The position numbers and the translations under genes are program-made. A stretch of 64,000 nt of DNA from a virus: IMG/VR virus record IMGVR_UViG_3300024346_000008, positions 32,001 to 96,000 of that record; one strand, given 5' to 3'. This document shows positions 10,090-20,991 of this stretch, piece after piece. How positions within the stretch are numbered: position 1 is the stretch's first letter; each line of letters opens with the position of its first letter. The notes beneath the pieces were generated by a model, which saw only the letters and a program-made list of their open reading frames with translations, did no database searches and was not told where the DNA came from.

Positions 10090-10949
10090 CGTACCGATTC
10101 CTTTATCTGGCGTATCCAATTCTCTAATGTCATTTCTGCCTTCCACCCAAGTGTAGATAATGTCTTATCAACATCGGCTTTTCCATATCGTCTGTCGCCG
10201 CGGCGCGCTTCGATGAATTTAATCTCTGTATCAAACATACCCGCAACTTCCAATATACTATAATCCTTACCGGAACCTAACTGGTATTCTTCATTTTTTA
10301 TTTGAAGAGATGCGGCAATTAAACCATTTACAATGTCACCTGCGTATGTGAAATCTCTACGTTGTAGTCCATCACCTACAATAGTTAATGGTTGCTTATT
10401 TCGATATTGACTTTCGAAAATACCCATCACGGTCTGCCACTCATTATCCCACGTAGTTTGGTATTCGCCATAGACGTTGAAGAAATAACAAATACTATAC
10501 TTGATTCCGTACCAATCCGCATAATTTTTTAACATCTGTACTACTAATGCTTTGAAAAATGTATATGGTGAGTGATTCTCTCCTTCTAATGCCAACCGTG
10601 TGGACGATGCTGCATAGACAATAGGTATATTCTCTTCTTTTACGTATTCAAGAACTTCGAAACTACCTTTAATATTAAAATCAAATACGTTTTTAATTTC
10701 TTCATATGATGGCGTAATCTTTGAATACTCACCGAGATGATATATAATTTCCGGTACAAAGTCTATGTCTGTAAGTGTTTTACGTATATTCTTTGTGTGG
10801 CTATTTACATATTGTACTCCATCAATATGATTCTCCTTTTTTCCTGCACTATAATTATCAATGACAACCACAGTGTGTCCATCCAAATGTAACTTCTTTA
10901 CTAGATTCGTACCCACGAATCCTGCGCCACCGGTGACTAATACTTTCAT
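10086..10949 (-). CDS. NAD-dependent nucleotide-sugar epimerase/dehydratase
   Basis: VTGGAGFVG, YxxxK (YTFFK), FNVYG, GDGLQRRDFTY. Confidence 0.9.
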   Translation of the reverse strand: MKVLVTGGAGFVGTNLVKKLHLDGHTVVVIDNYSAGKKENHIDGVQYVNSHTKNIRKTLTDIDFVPEIIYHLGEYSKITPSYEEIKNVFDFNIKGSFEVLEYVKEENIPIVYAASSTRLALEGENHSPYTFFKALVVQMLKNYADWYGIKYSICYFFNVYGEYQTTWDNEWQTVMGIFESQYRNKQPLTIVGDGLQRRDFTYAGDIVNGLIAASLQIKNEEYQLGSGKDYSILEVAGMFDTEIKFIEARRGDRRYGKADVDKTLSTLGWKAEMTLENWIRQIKESVR

Positions 10950-10970
10950 AAGTTATGTATCCTATTAATT

Positions 10971-11543
10971 TTATATTACCGGCGGAGTAAGTTCCCACGG
11001 CATTCCCGTCTTATTGAAAATCTTTTTAGCAATAGTAAGACCAGGGTTAAACGGAAGTGTTACAATCTCCCACTCATGGCCGAAGTTCTCACGTACAGCA
11101 ATTGCGGTCTTATACACACTACTACATAACGCAGGTATTGCCAATTCTTTTACTGGATATGTATCATGGAAAAATACAAATCCGTCTTCCACTACTAAGT
11201 CTTTTACATTTAAAAAGTCAATGTAAGATTGTTCAAATGTATGGTCGGCATCAATAAACACCATATCAAACTTCAGTGATTGTCCTTCAATACTTTTAAA
11301 ATAATCATCGGTTAACATTTGATGATACACCGCGTTCGGCGGAAGATTGAATTGTAACGGTGCAGAATCCACCGCAATTGCTTCTGTGCAATATGGGGCA
11401 ACTTCAACGAATGATTCTCCCGTTCTAACCCCGAGTTCTAAATAACGAACAGGACGAACCCAACCAGCCAAAAACTGCAATAGATTAACGTGGTCAAATG
11501 TTTCTGACGGTGGTGGAACGTTTCTTAGATAAATCGGCTTCAT
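10971..11543 (-). CDS. class I SAM methyltransferase (Methyltransf_24-like)
   Basis: YLELGVRTG, FDMVFIDADH, FHDT. Confidence 0.85.
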   Translation of the reverse strand: MKPIYLRNVPPPSETFDHVNLLQFLAGWVRPVRYLELGVRTGESFVEVAPYCTEAIAVDSAPLQFNLPPNAVYHQMLTDDYFKSIEGQSLKFDMVFIDADHTFEQSYIDFLNVKDLVVEDGFVFFHDTYPVKELAIPALCSSVYKTAIAVRENFGHEWEIVTLPFNPGLTIAKKIFNKTGMPWELTPPVI

Positions 11544-11570
11544 GTTACTACTCTCCTTGTTATAAAATTA

Positions 11571-12371
11571 TTAGTATTTTACGGGTGCTCCCCAGTTTGA
11601 TTGCATTACTACACCGAAATACACTGACGAAAAATCTTGTTCAGTATATCCCATTTGCTTATACATCTGATATTGCTGTGCGAAGTGAAAGAATTTAAAT
11701 ATCGGTTCGATGGGAATAATGTCGATTGACCTAGCGTGTAATAAATACTCACCATACCAAGTAAATTCAGAAGGACAAAATTCAATAAGTTTGGCAAATG
11801 TAAGTTCGTTTGGTTCGATATAGTTTGTTTCTAAATCTCTCCAAACTTTAGATGACCAAACAATTGGACCGGGGCCAAAATCATATACTCTACTCGTGCG
11901 ATCAAAAACTTCCATGATCTTTTTACGATCCTCAGTAAATGAACCGTATGGATCAAACCCCAATATGGATTTGAATTTAGCTGTCCATCCAAACAAATCC
12001 TTTTGTTCGTGCATAACAGTGTATGGAGTTGTCTCATCATACATAAAGTCTGTTACTCTGAAATCTTTGATGAAGTACGAATCGGAATCCAACATGACAT
12101 AATTTTCGCACAGACCAAGTTTCCAAAAACTACTCTTCACAATTTGCTGCGTTTTCCAACTTTGACCATCAACCGAATAAATGTCATCATCCGATAAAAT
12201 ATTTACATATGATGAGTCTAGTGCATTTTTAAACAGTGACACCTCATTACTAGGAACCGATATGTAATATGGTATGTTGTCTTTATTATATTTTTTGATG
12301 GATTCTACGCTTACTTTTAATCGTTCCAAATCATTACTATATGATTTAGTATATAACACTATTTTATTCAT
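11571..12371 (-). CDS. DUF6492-like putative glycosyltransferase
   Basis: WKTQQIVK, YVMLDSD, SEFTWYG. Confidence 0.6.
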   Translation of the reverse strand: MNKIVLYTKSYSNDLERLKVSVESIKKYNKDNIPYYISVPSNEVSLFKNALDSSYVNILSDDDIYSVDGQSWKTQQIVKSSFWKLGLCENYVMLDSDSYFIKDFRVTDFMYDETTPYTVMHEQKDLFGWTAKFKSILGFDPYGSFTEDRKKIMEVFDRTSRVYDFGPGPIVWSSKVWRDLETNYIEPNELTFAKLIEFCPSEFTWYGEYLLHARSIDIIPIEPIFKFFHFAQQYQMYKQMGYTEQDFSSVYFGVVMQSNWGAPVKY

Positions 12372-12374
12372 AAA

Positions 12375-13283
12375 TTAACCATTTCCTAAAAATGTATATT
12401 TTATTGAGGGTAAGTAATGTTCATTTATTTCACTTTCATTTCGTGCTCCACTTATAACATCTACATGAGTATATCTAGAACACATATCATATAGTCCAGT
12501 TTGCATACCAGTGGCTACTTTAGAATGACAAACTAAATACATTAATAACCGCACATTCATCCCATCTGTACTGAGTACTTTATTTGCTTTGAACTCATGA
12601 TCCATATTACAATAATACATAAATGGGAGATCTTGATACTTGCTAAGTTTTTCCTCTACACCTTCTATCCACCCACTCATATTCATTCCCTCTACATGGC
12701 GGATAGAGAATGCCCCATACTCATTGTCTCCAAAATATTGTGTTTTTATCTTTTCAAATGACTCAACTTCTTCCTCTGAGAAATATACCTCTGGTATATA
12801 GTCGCTGTCAAGGTCTAAATTGATTTTATGGAATCTTGCCATCTGTAAAACCAACGGATCATTTAAAAATAAATGATTTTTAATTCTAAAATGGTCGTGA
12901 TATATCTCACCATCAAATGAGTCTACAAAAGCATCTACATATGGATTACTATTAAAACAATTTCTAACATTTAAATATGGATTTGCCCAAATTCCCCACA
13001 CATTTTGTGGATTTTGACTAGGTGGTCCATATAAATGTTCTATAAACTTCTCCGAAGTAACATACACCTTACATCCAGGATAATGTTCTTTTAACAGTCT
13101 AGGGAGTGCGGTGATAATTCCCCAATCACCAATACTGTGACATCCTCTATGAATAACAAACTCGCCGCGATCAAAGTATTCATCGGGTGGATGGAATACC
13201 TCTCCATCGGTTGACCAACCCAACCTATCAACCGATTGTATTGGATACATTTGATTATTAAATATTCTATGAAACAATGGCAT
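12375..13283 (-). CDS. GT9 (heptosyltransferase)-like protein
   Basis: HSIGDWGIITALPRLLKEHYPGCKV resembles GT9 N-terminus; QTGLYD near C-terminus. Confidence 0.5.
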   Translation of the reverse strand: MPLFHRIFNNQMYPIQSVDRLGWSTDGEVFHPPDEYFDRGEFVIHRGCHSIGDWGIITALPRLLKEHYPGCKVYVTSEKFIEHLYGPPSQNPQNVWGIWANPYLNVRNCFNSNPYVDAFVDSFDGEIYHDHFRIKNHLFLNDPLVLQMARFHKINLDLDSDYIPEVYFSEEEVESFEKIKTQYFGDNEYGAFSIRHVEGMNMSGWIEGVEEKLSKYQDLPFMYYCNMDHEFKANKVLSTDGMNVRLLMYLVCHSKVATGMQTGLYDMCSRYTHVDVISGARNESEINEHYLPSIKYTFLGNG

Positions 13284-13310
13284 ATATTACTCTTGATAAC
13301 ATGTGATTTA

Positions 13311-14249
13311 TTAGTAACCTTCTTCTACACCCATTTGAAAATTATTAGCGTCAAGAATTAATGGCGTATTTGCATTTATTCTTACTGCTATGAATTGTAT
13401 TGGCAATCCATGTAGTGCCCCTTTAGAAAACCCCGTGGATGATAATACTTCTTTATATTTTCCAGTTTCCGAGCACCAAACATTAATCTCTTCCCACCCA
13501 TGCTTCTTCGACAAAACAATTACACCGTCGAGAAGAGTACGAACGTTGTCTACATCACCAGACATATTTACAATATGACAAAAATTACCGTATGGTTTTA
13601 AAACAATAAACGCACTATTATAGGAATAACAAAGATATTGATGATCGGGGTGTCGAATCCAACGTAAATTTAAATATTTGTCATCTTCGTTGAATCCTAA
13701 ATTCGGTTCCAACATCTTAAAATTAGTTATGAAATTTAATTTTAATTTTGATTGATACTGATATTCAAGTTTGTTACTTCGACTGTAAATGTCTATATCA
13801 GAAACCACTTCCCAACCTGCCTTCAAATGTCCTCCCACAACCGCTCTACCTTGTTGTGGGAACCCTAAAATATATTCGAACTCTTTAATTCTTCTTTCTT
13901 CTTTTATTGCAAATTGACTTAGTAATACAAATAAATTTTGTCTTCTATAATCAGGATGTATTCCAACTGCAAAACATCGGCCGACTTTGATATGCTGATT
14001 CTTTAGTGTTAATGTTTTGGGTTCAACACTCCAAATCCCAATTAATTTTTCGTTATCAAAAACTCCCCACGTTCTTGTACCAATTGACCATGTTTCTAAC
14101 TTACCAATATCGTTGTGGTACCAATCAATCCATTCTTCCGTGGCAGAGGCACCTTTAAATAATAAATTATGTAGTTCTTTATATGATTGACGATGTGTGG
14201 ATAGTGGATCAATCTGCTTAAATACAAAATTATTATTGTTTTCCATCAA
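13311..14249 (-). CDS. GNAT acetyltransferase (tandem GNAT)
   Basis: VGIHPDYRRQNLF acetyl-CoA motif, YILGFP. Confidence 0.8.
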   Translation of the reverse strand: MMENNNNFVFKQIDPLSTHRQSYKELHNLLFKGASATEEWIDWYHNDIGKLETWSIGTRTWGVFDNEKLIGIWSVEPKTLTLKNQHIKVGRCFAVGIHPDYRRQNLFVLLSQFAIKEERRIKEFEYILGFPQQGRAVVGGHLKAGWEVVSDIDIYSRSNKLEYQYQSKLKLNFITNFKMLEPNLGFNEDDKYLNLRWIRHPDHQYLCYSYNSAFIVLKPYGNFCHIVNMSGDVDNVRTLLDGVIVLSKKHGWEEINVWCSETGKYKEVLSSTGFSKGALHGLPIQFIAVRINANTPLILDANNFQMGVEEGY

Positions 14250-15376
14250 TTACCAACGACCTCTAAAAATTTATTTGCGATGAAATGTACATCGTCGGAA
14301 GTTAACCACCAACCGCATGGCAAAGAAATTTGGTGATTGGCAAACCGATTAGTTTCGGGTAGGTCACACATACTTTCTGCAAAACATGTATAGTTGTGAT
14401 TTGGTGTATGAACAAGTCCAGCATCAATTCCATGTGACTTCAGTTCAAGGATAACCGTATCTCTATCTAATGATTCATCTAGTAAACACGTAAATACCCA
14501 ATGCGACGGATCGGTCCCATCAACTACTGTCATGGGCGTAATCAACTTACTCGTAAGTAGTTCAGTATATAATGCGGCGTTTTGTTTGTGACCATTTACA
14601 ATACGATCAATGTGTGGTAACTGTGACAGTCCAATCGCCGCAGAGATATTATTCATATGATACTTATATCCTGCTTCCTTAATATCAACTTCCCAACGTT
14701 GTCCCTTCCATTCACCATTTACATCCTTTGTAGCTTCTCGGTCTAACCCAAACCACTTCAGTTTCTTAGCACGAGCAAAGTCATCGGCATCCTTACACAC
14801 AAGAATACCACCATCTCCCGTGGTAATATGCTTAATTGCCTGCAGACTATAGCATGTGTAGTCAGCAAAATGACATACATGCTTACCGTCTACCGTTGAA
14901 CCAAACCCATGTGCGGCGTCTTGAATAAGTTTAATGTTATGTTGTTTACAGATTTCACTTAATCGCTTTAAATCACAGGGTAAACCGGCCCAATTAACAC
15001 ACAGAACCGCCTTTGTCTTTGAAGTAATCTTTTCCAAAACCTTTTCGGGGTCTATATTACCCGTGGTACTATTAATATCTGCCCAAACAATCTTTGCCCC
15101 AATATCATAGATTGGTGTGTTTGATGCCACACAAGTCATGGAAGTGGTAATAACTTCATCACCCGCAGTAACTCCAGCAAGTCGCAGTGACAATGTAAGT
15201 GCCGATGTACAACTATTAAGAGCAATAACATGATTGTGTTGAAATCGTTCAGATAATGCTTTTGTTAACTGTGTAACTTGCATTCCTTCATTTAAAAATC
15301 CACTAGTTAATACAGTTTCTAATTCTTTGAGTGCCGCCGGAGCGTCTACGTGTACTTTAAACATTGGATACTTCAT
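14246..15376 (-). CDS. DegT/DnrJ/EryC1/StrS PLP sugar aminotransferase
   Basis: NSCTSAL, QDAAH, SLQAIKHITTGDGG, GYKYHM. Confidence 0.93.
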   Translation of the reverse strand: MKYPMFKVHVDAPAALKELETVLTSGFLNEGMQVTQLTKALSERFQHNHVIALNSCTSALTLSLRLAGVTAGDEVITTSMTCVASNTPIYDIGAKIVWADINSTTGNIDPEKVLEKITSKTKAVLCVNWAGLPCDLKRLSEICKQHNIKLIQDAAHGFGSTVDGKHVCHFADYTCYSLQAIKHITTGDGGILVCKDADDFARAKKLKWFGLDREATKDVNGEWKGQRWEVDIKEAGYKYHMNNISAAIGLSQLPHIDRIVNGHKQNAALYTELLTSKLITPMTVVDGTDPSHWVFTCLLDESLDRDTVILELKSHGIDAGLVHTPNHNYTCFAESMCDLPETNRFANHQISLPCGWWLTSDDVHFIANKFLEVVGN

Positions 15377-15379
15377 ATA

Positions 15380-16429
15380 TTACCTCGTCATTTGTCGAAT
15401 GTCATCTTGGCTAATTTTTCTAATAACATCAATTGTAGTGTCATTAAATTCTGATAAATCTTTTGATAAATATCCCAAAGATTCTAAGTATTCTTCAAGC
15501 ACATTTATCTCTAATACATCCATTGAACTATCAAACTGAAAAATATTTTGGTTATAAATTGTTGTGTCGTATATTGGCTTTACCACGAATCGATTATTAC
15601 GTTCTATAGTTCTTAACGATTCGGTTTCATTAATCATTGCCTCATGAATCTTTTCTCCACTACGAATTCCTACTATCTGAACGGGTTTGTTATATCTTTT
15701 AGAAAAGATATTAGCTAAGTCTATGATTCTCATGGACTTTAACTTAGGTATATACAACTCACCATTTTCTGCGTTCTGAATACAATCTAAAATAAGATCA
15801 ACGCTATCGTTTAGTGTCATAAGAAACCGTGTCATATCCTCCCGAGTTACCGTAAGACATTCATTATTCTTTGCTTGATATAAAAACAACGGTATGATAC
15901 TTCCTCTCGACTCTAGAACATTTCCATAACGAACAGCACAGAACTTAATGTTATTGTTCTCCACGTTTCTTGCCTTTTCCAGTACTACACGTTCAGCAAT
16001 AGCTTTACACATTCCGTATACATTAATTGGAGCGCACGCCTTGTCCGTACTAACCATCAATACTGTTTCAAGAAATTTTGAATAGAGATGCGAATTTTCT
16101 TCCACAACATTTGCTATGTTTTGTGGACCGATGATATTTGTCTTAATACTTTCTTCTGGCGATAGTTCACATATATCTACGTGTTTTAATGCGGATGCAA
16201 TTATAATAACGTTTGGTTTAAATCTAGATATTACTTCCGCAACTCTATCTTTGTCACGGATGTCACCAATCATAAAAGATATATTTTTTCCACTAAACTT
16301 ATTCTTTAACGCCCAGTGTTTAGATTCATCGCGTGAATATATACATACATCATTGTCGATGCATAATCTTTTTATAAGAGATGTACCTAAAGAACCAGAG
16401 CCACCGAATATTAAATATCGTTTCTTCAT
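15380..16429 (-). CDS. UDP-GlcNAc 4,6-dehydratase (PseB/FnlA/CapD family)
   Basis: GGSGSLG, SRDESK, ALKHV, STDKA, RYGNVLESRGS, GIRSGEKIHE. Confidence 0.9.
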   Translation of the reverse strand: MKKRYLIFGGSGSLGTSLIKRLCIDNDVCIYSRDESKHWALKNKFSGKNISFMIGDIRDKDRVAEVISRFKPNVIIIASALKHVDICELSPEESIKTNIIGPQNIANVVEENSHLYSKFLETVLMVSTDKACAPINVYGMCKAIAERVVLEKARNVENNNIKFCAVRYGNVLESRGSIIPLFLYQAKNNECLTVTREDMTRFLMTLNDSVDLILDCIQNAENGELYIPKLKSMRIIDLANIFSKRYNKPVQIVGIRSGEKIHEAMINETESLRTIERNNRFVVKPIYDTTIYNQNIFQFDSSMDVLEINVLEEYLESLGYLSKDLSEFNDTTIDVIRKISQDDIRQMTR

Positions 16430-17277
16430 TATGCTACACCCGATATCATTCCGAACATGTCATGTTGTGGCATTCCACCCCACTTTTCTAAAAACCTACT
16501 GGCACTTCGTTGTTCATAAAATGCTTGACGAGGTGATCTGCCACCCAATGCATCATTAGCAAAATGTCCATTAAAACTTCTACTTCCAAAGTGATAAACA
16601 ACGGACTTACTTGTAAGAACAAATTTAAAATCTGACTGCTTCATTCGTAAAAATAAATCCATATCATCGAACGATAGTGGATTAAACCGTGGATCATTTC
16701 CACCAATCTCATCCCAATCTTGTTTACGAATCAGAAAAGAAACTCCTTCTCCTTTTGGAATTTCAAAATTATTTAATGAAGAAAATTCTGTTGCCCACAT
16801 ATCAAAATATTCTTGATTAAATGTATTGTGTACATCCCCAAACAAATCATTATCAACAATCACAGTTCCAGGTCTACCTACGTCACCCTTAAATACCTGT
16901 GGCTGAATTCTATGTGATGATACTACTAACTTTTCATTGGGATACTTGTCAAATACTTTTAATAATTCTAAGTCTTGATTGGGAGCAACGTACATATCAG
17001 CGTGAATAAAGTTAATATATTCCGTTTGTACTGCATCAGCCATTAAATTCATACCACCACCAATTCCAATTTCATCATCGGTATCAGTTTTAATGATCAT
17101 TGGCGTAATATTATAAACTTCTTTGTTTGCTTCCAACCACTCATCAGTCCCATCGGTGCAATTTTCTGCACAGACAATCAATGGACTATCTATAATAGCA
17201 TGATTTTTTCGGATGGACTGTACAGCAAGTTGTAAGTACGGAAGGGAATTGTTAGTGCCTATGCAAGTAGTAATCAT
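16429..17277 (-). CDS. family 2 glycosyltransferase
   Basis: NCTDGT, FIHADMY, IGGNDPRF, DDMDLFLR. Confidence 0.8.
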   Translation of the reverse strand: MITTCIGTNNSLPYLQLAVQSIRKNHAIIDSPLIVCAENCTDGTDEWLEANKEVYNITPMIIKTDTDDEIGIGGGMNLMADAVQTEYINFIHADMYVAPNQDLELLKVFDKYPNEKLVVSSHRIQPQVFKGDVGRPGTVIVDNDLFGDVHNTFNQEYFDMWATEFSSLNNFEIPKGEGVSFLIRKQDWDEIGGNDPRFNPLSFDDMDLFLRMKQSDFKFVLTSKSVVYHFGSRSFNGHFANDALGGRSPRQAFYEQRSASRFLEKWGGMPQHDMFGMISGVA

Positions 17278-17993
17278 TTTGGTATCCACACTGTTCTATT
17301 TGAATCGCTCGTTTCGTTTTCTAAATGTAACTTATAATCAACTATTGTGTCACCATTACAGTCAACTATGTTATAATCCAATTCATCTGCAATGTTAATA
17401 ATATCATAGATGTTATTACCATAATACCCTAAGAATTTAGGATGTACTTCCATAAACAAAGTGGGTCTATACATCTTCATAGATTCTTTTGCTCCTAGTA
17501 GTACCCGATAATCAAATCCTTCAACATCAACTTTTATACAGTCTGGTTTAACTTCATTGATTGCACAAAAAGTATCGATGGTTAACATTATATCTTGCAT
17601 ACTAGATTGCTGATTAATTAATGATTGATGTGTATCATAAGTTACTCCCATCAATTTATTTTCGTCACCAATCAACATTCTATTATATCGAATATTATAT
17701 AATTTATTTAACTCTATAGTTTGTGTCAGTGCTATTAGCACGGACAGTGACCCATCAAAACAATATGCGGTGCCACCTGTTTTTTTAGTAAATGCGATAC
17801 CAAACATTCCATATGAACATCCAACATCTAATAAAGTTGATTTGCCGTCTATATGGTTTAGGAAAGAATTAAATTCATTTCGCTGATTAACATCAACGTT
17901 AAACGCGTTGACCATATCAATGCGTTCATCAAGTTCCATTTCGGAACCATATAAAAATTCTATACCTTGTATATTTGCTATTTTATTCATCAC
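17274..17993 (-). CDS. FkbM family methyltransferase
   Basis: LDVGCSYG, IKVDVEGFD, FMEVH. Confidence 0.88.
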   Translation of the reverse strand: MMNKIANIQGIEFLYGSEMELDERIDMVNAFNVDVNQRNEFNSFLNHIDGKSTLLDVGCSYGMFGIAFTKKTGGTAYCFDGSLSVLIALTQTIELNKLYNIRYNRMLIGDENKLMGVTYDTHQSLINQQSSMQDIMLTIDTFCAINEVKPDCIKVDVEGFDYRVLLGAKESMKMYRPTLFMEVHPKFLGYYGNNIYDIINIADELDYNIVDCNGDTIVDYKLHLENETSDSNRTVWIPK

Positions 17994-18337
17994 TCACTGC
18001 CGTGATTTACTTTGATATCCTTAAATCCTTCATTAAACTTTTCTACCATTTCATTTTTATATCCGACACGAATCTTATTCAATCCACGAATAGCAATAGC
18101 CCTCCGACCAACTTCTTCTAGTCCAAGTTCGGCTTCCTTTCCTTGACGAATGTCAGCTTCTAAGTCCCAAATTTTTCCATTGATTTCAACTAACTTATCG
18201 ATAAATTCTTCTACATTATATGAGGAAAGTTCCGAGCTATACACGTTAATTTCATCGGTCATATCATTGTCAGTACGTTGATTCTTTAAGATAGCGATAG
18301 ATAATCTATCCGCCATTTCTGATGCTGGCATTTTCAT
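17990..18337 (-). CDS. DUF6165-like helical protein
   Basis: EMADRLSI..LK, INGKIWDLEADIR, N..R...K pattern. Confidence 0.55.
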   Translation of the reverse strand: MKMPASEMADRLSIAILKNQRTDNDMTDEINVYSSELSSYNVEEFIDKLVEINGKIWDLEADIRQGKEAELGLEEVGRRAIAIRGLNKIRVGYKNEMVEKFNEGFKDIKVNHGSE

Positions 18338-18338
18338 A

Positions 18339-19091
18339 TTACACTCCGTAACTATAGTTGGCTGCATTATACCTAAATTTATTAAACATTTCCCATCGGT
18401 TGGTTCTTTGCATATAATCCATCATACGACTATCTGCTCGTCTACAAAATTCTGGATTATCAAGAACCGTTCCATCTAAATCTATTATTCCACCCTTTTC
18501 AATTGTCTGTGAATTAAGATGCCCGATACATACTTTATCGGTAACGCCCGACTTCAACCCATGTTCATGAGCAATCATACCCGTTAATATATCATTGCCC
18601 CATCCGTAAATCAAGTCGATAGGATATTCCCCAACGATTTCACAAATGTCTCTACGGAGTAATGGTGCTTGAAAATCCAACCATTCTACAGGACGAGTGG
18701 TACCTGACATCCAATTATGCATTTGCTTCCAGTAGCATTGTGCTATAGAAGAATTGATAACGGCCGGTGACAACTGACACATATCATGTTGTTCTGCTTC
18801 ACTCAGCATCACCGATAAAAAGTTTGCCCCGTGAATTAACAAATCATTATTTAATACCATCAACCAATCATGTTTGGTTTCATTTAGATAGTAATCGAAT
18901 ATTAAATTCAATCCACCACCAAAGAAATAGTTTGTTTCTGAAATATGTGTTGAATAACTGGAACGTTCTGTTGCGCCATTTTCCAATACCATTATTTCAA
19001 AGTCAACACGTTTGTCTCTAGAAACCTGTTCAACTAGATTATTTGTTAACTCTGGTTGATTTACATTCATCGTAGCAATTAATATGGACAT
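18339..19091 (-). CDS. family 2 glycosyltransferase
   Basis: LENG, NYFFGGGLN, VLNND, YGWGND. Confidence 0.75.
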   Translation of the reverse strand: MSILIATMNVNQPELTNNLVEQVSRDKRVDFEIMVLENGATERSSYSTHISETNYFFGGGLNLIFDYYLNETKHDWLMVLNNDLLIHGANFLSVMLSEAEQHDMCQLSPAVINSSIAQCYWKQMHNWMSGTTRPVEWLDFQAPLLRRDICEIVGEYPIDLIYGWGNDILTGMIAHEHGLKSGVTDKVCIGHLNSQTIEKGGIIDLDGTVLDNPEFCRRADSRMMDYMQRTNRWEMFNKFRYNAANYSYGV

Positions 19092-20299
19092 TATATATTA
19101 CTCCTGTTACAGTATACTAATTCAACCACTGTATTTTTTAATCTATTAATCACCAACCTAAGATTACCCATCTCGTATTCAACGCCAGATTCAAATTCAA
19201 GGTTTTCGTAATCTTTTAATAGATTATTTAAATTTTGTATTGTAACATAATCTTCACTAGTAATTGTGTCAACATTAATTATAACATACACATCCCACGT
19301 TGTCAAGTCTTCATCATCAAGTTCACACGAAATTCTTTCTGACATATCAAATAAAGTATTTGGTTGTTCTTTTTTTATGTGCTCTTCAACCAATAGTTTA
19401 TTACTAACTATTACTTTATTGAACCACGGCTCAAATACATTTACTTCCATTAGATTACTAGCGTTTTCAAGTATACCACATATGTTATACTTTGCTGGTA
19501 TTATTGGATGGTGGTATTCATCATTCTTAATCCACGAATTCCATTTGCGGATATAATTTTTTCTTGCAGTTAACTCTGCCAATTCAAACGAATTATCCAC
19601 CTTACCGATCACCGTGTTATCTGTCCACTTATGACCACGACACGTTAAATGATATACCAAGGAATCTCTAGATTGAATGATTTGGTATCCAGCTAATACA
19701 AACCGTTGGAAAATATCACTGTCTTCGTATGGGAATGGGGCAAATAATGGATCGTGTCCACCGATAGAAACAAAATCTTCCTTGTAAATAAACCACGGGG
19801 CAAATATTCCATTGGTTATTCCTCCCCTACGTTCAAGTTGTTCTTGTGCCACAAACTCTATAAATGCATCTTCGTCAAACGTTTCTGGCCACATACCAAA
19901 ATCCTTAACGATTTTTTCTTTACCTTCTGGATGTAAGGGTGGTTCAATACGGGTGGCAGATACTACTACGCCCTTCTTCATGTGCTTTAATGCATTTTCT
20001 ACATAGTTTGGACCAACAAACATATCAGCATGTAGAATGGAAAATATTTCATTGTTTGCAAGATTGCCACCAATGTTATACGTAATGGTGTGACCCAATC
20101 GTTTACCGGTAGTATTTTCCCATATAACTAAATTTGAATCCGTCAATGAACGTAGCCACTCGACGGTGCCATCTGTACTGGCATCATCAAGTACTATTAT
20201 TTCGTGGCCGTGTCCCGCATATTTACGAATTGATGTGTATGCATTTTTTAGATATCGTAAATTGTTATACGAAGGTACTATAAAACTTATTAGATTCAT
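19091..20299 (-). CDS. family 2 glycosyltransferase
   Basis: ISFIVPSYN, DDASTDGT, HADM, IGGHDPLF, EDSD. Confidence 0.88.
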   Translation of the reverse strand: MNLISFIVPSYNNLRYLKNAYTSIRKYAGHGHEIIVLDDASTDGTVEWLRSLTDSNLVIWENTTGKRLGHTITYNIGGNLANNEIFSILHADMFVGPNYVENALKHMKKGVVVSATRIEPPLHPEGKEKIVKDFGMWPETFDEDAFIEFVAQEQLERRGGITNGIFAPWFIYKEDFVSIGGHDPLFAPFPYEDSDIFQRFVLAGYQIIQSRDSLVYHLTCRGHKWTDNTVIGKVDNSFELAELTARKNYIRKWNSWIKNDEYHHPIIPAKYNICGILENASNLMEVNVFEPWFNKVIVSNKLLVEEHIKKEQPNTLFDMSERISCELDDEDLTTWDVYVIINVDTITSEDYVTIQNLNNLLKDYENLEFESGVEYEMGNLRLVINRLKNTVVELVYCNRSNI

Positions 20300-20302
20300 A
20301 TA

Positions 20303-20593
20303 TCACCATTTATCCACTGGACATTTTGTTTTTATAAACTTACTTTTTGTTTCCATAAAACAACCGCACTTACCACACCGTTTATCTTCTTTAATAAAGA
20401 ACTCACAACCACCGCACACTTTCATGCGGTGATTGTAAACTTCGTCAGAAGCAATAAGACCCTCTCCTGCAACAACTCCGGAGATAATATCTTTTGCACT
20501 CCCAACGAATCCTTTTGCCATATCAGTTAACGATGGTAACTTTGGTTCATCGTGACATTCCGGTTCTAAACATACTCCAAATGGATCAGTCAT
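20303..20593 (-). CDS. small Cys-rich Zn-binding protein
   Basis: CGGC...RCGKCGCFM..K...CPVDKW. Confidence 0.65.
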   Translation of the reverse strand: MTDPFGVCLEPECHDEPKLPSLTDMAKGFVGSAKDIISGVVAGEGLIASDEVYNHRMKVCGGCEFFIKEDKRCGKCGCFMETKSKFIKTKCPVDKW

Positions 20594-20991
20594 TCAAGTT
20601 CTCCGATTAAAATCTGTCGTAAGTTAGAGATATTATTTACTATAAAGGTTCTATATCGACGATCATTTTTTATAGTTGATGCGGTATATCGAGCGTAAGC
20701 CTCATCGGATTGTAAATTTGTTATTGGATTCGACCTGTCATCTGCGGCATAGTTAAATACTTGCCCAAACTCCGTTGATATCCTAACAAGATCCATGTCC
20801 GACAAATCATCTACCAATAATCCGTGCAATTGTTCGTTAGTCGTTGATTCATTTTTTTTAGCAGGATCAATCACTAACACCATATAACTTCCGGCATTCC
20901 CATCTTTAATTTTCTTATACGAAAATTCTACAAGCATACCAGATTTTATATTATTTTTTGATATAAATCGACGTTCACTCCGTAATGCCAT
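20590..20991 (-). CDS. hypothetical protein (weak resemblance to T4 gp2-like fold)
   Basis: GMLVEFSY...LHGL...YRTF pattern; resemblance only. Confidence 0.35.
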   Translation of the reverse strand: MALRSERRFISKNNIKSGMLVEFSYKKIKDGNAGSYMVLVIDPAKKNESTTNEQLHGLLVDDLSDMDLVRISTEFGQVFNYAADDRSNPITNLQSDEAYARYTASTIKNDRRYRTFIVNNISNLRQILIGELE

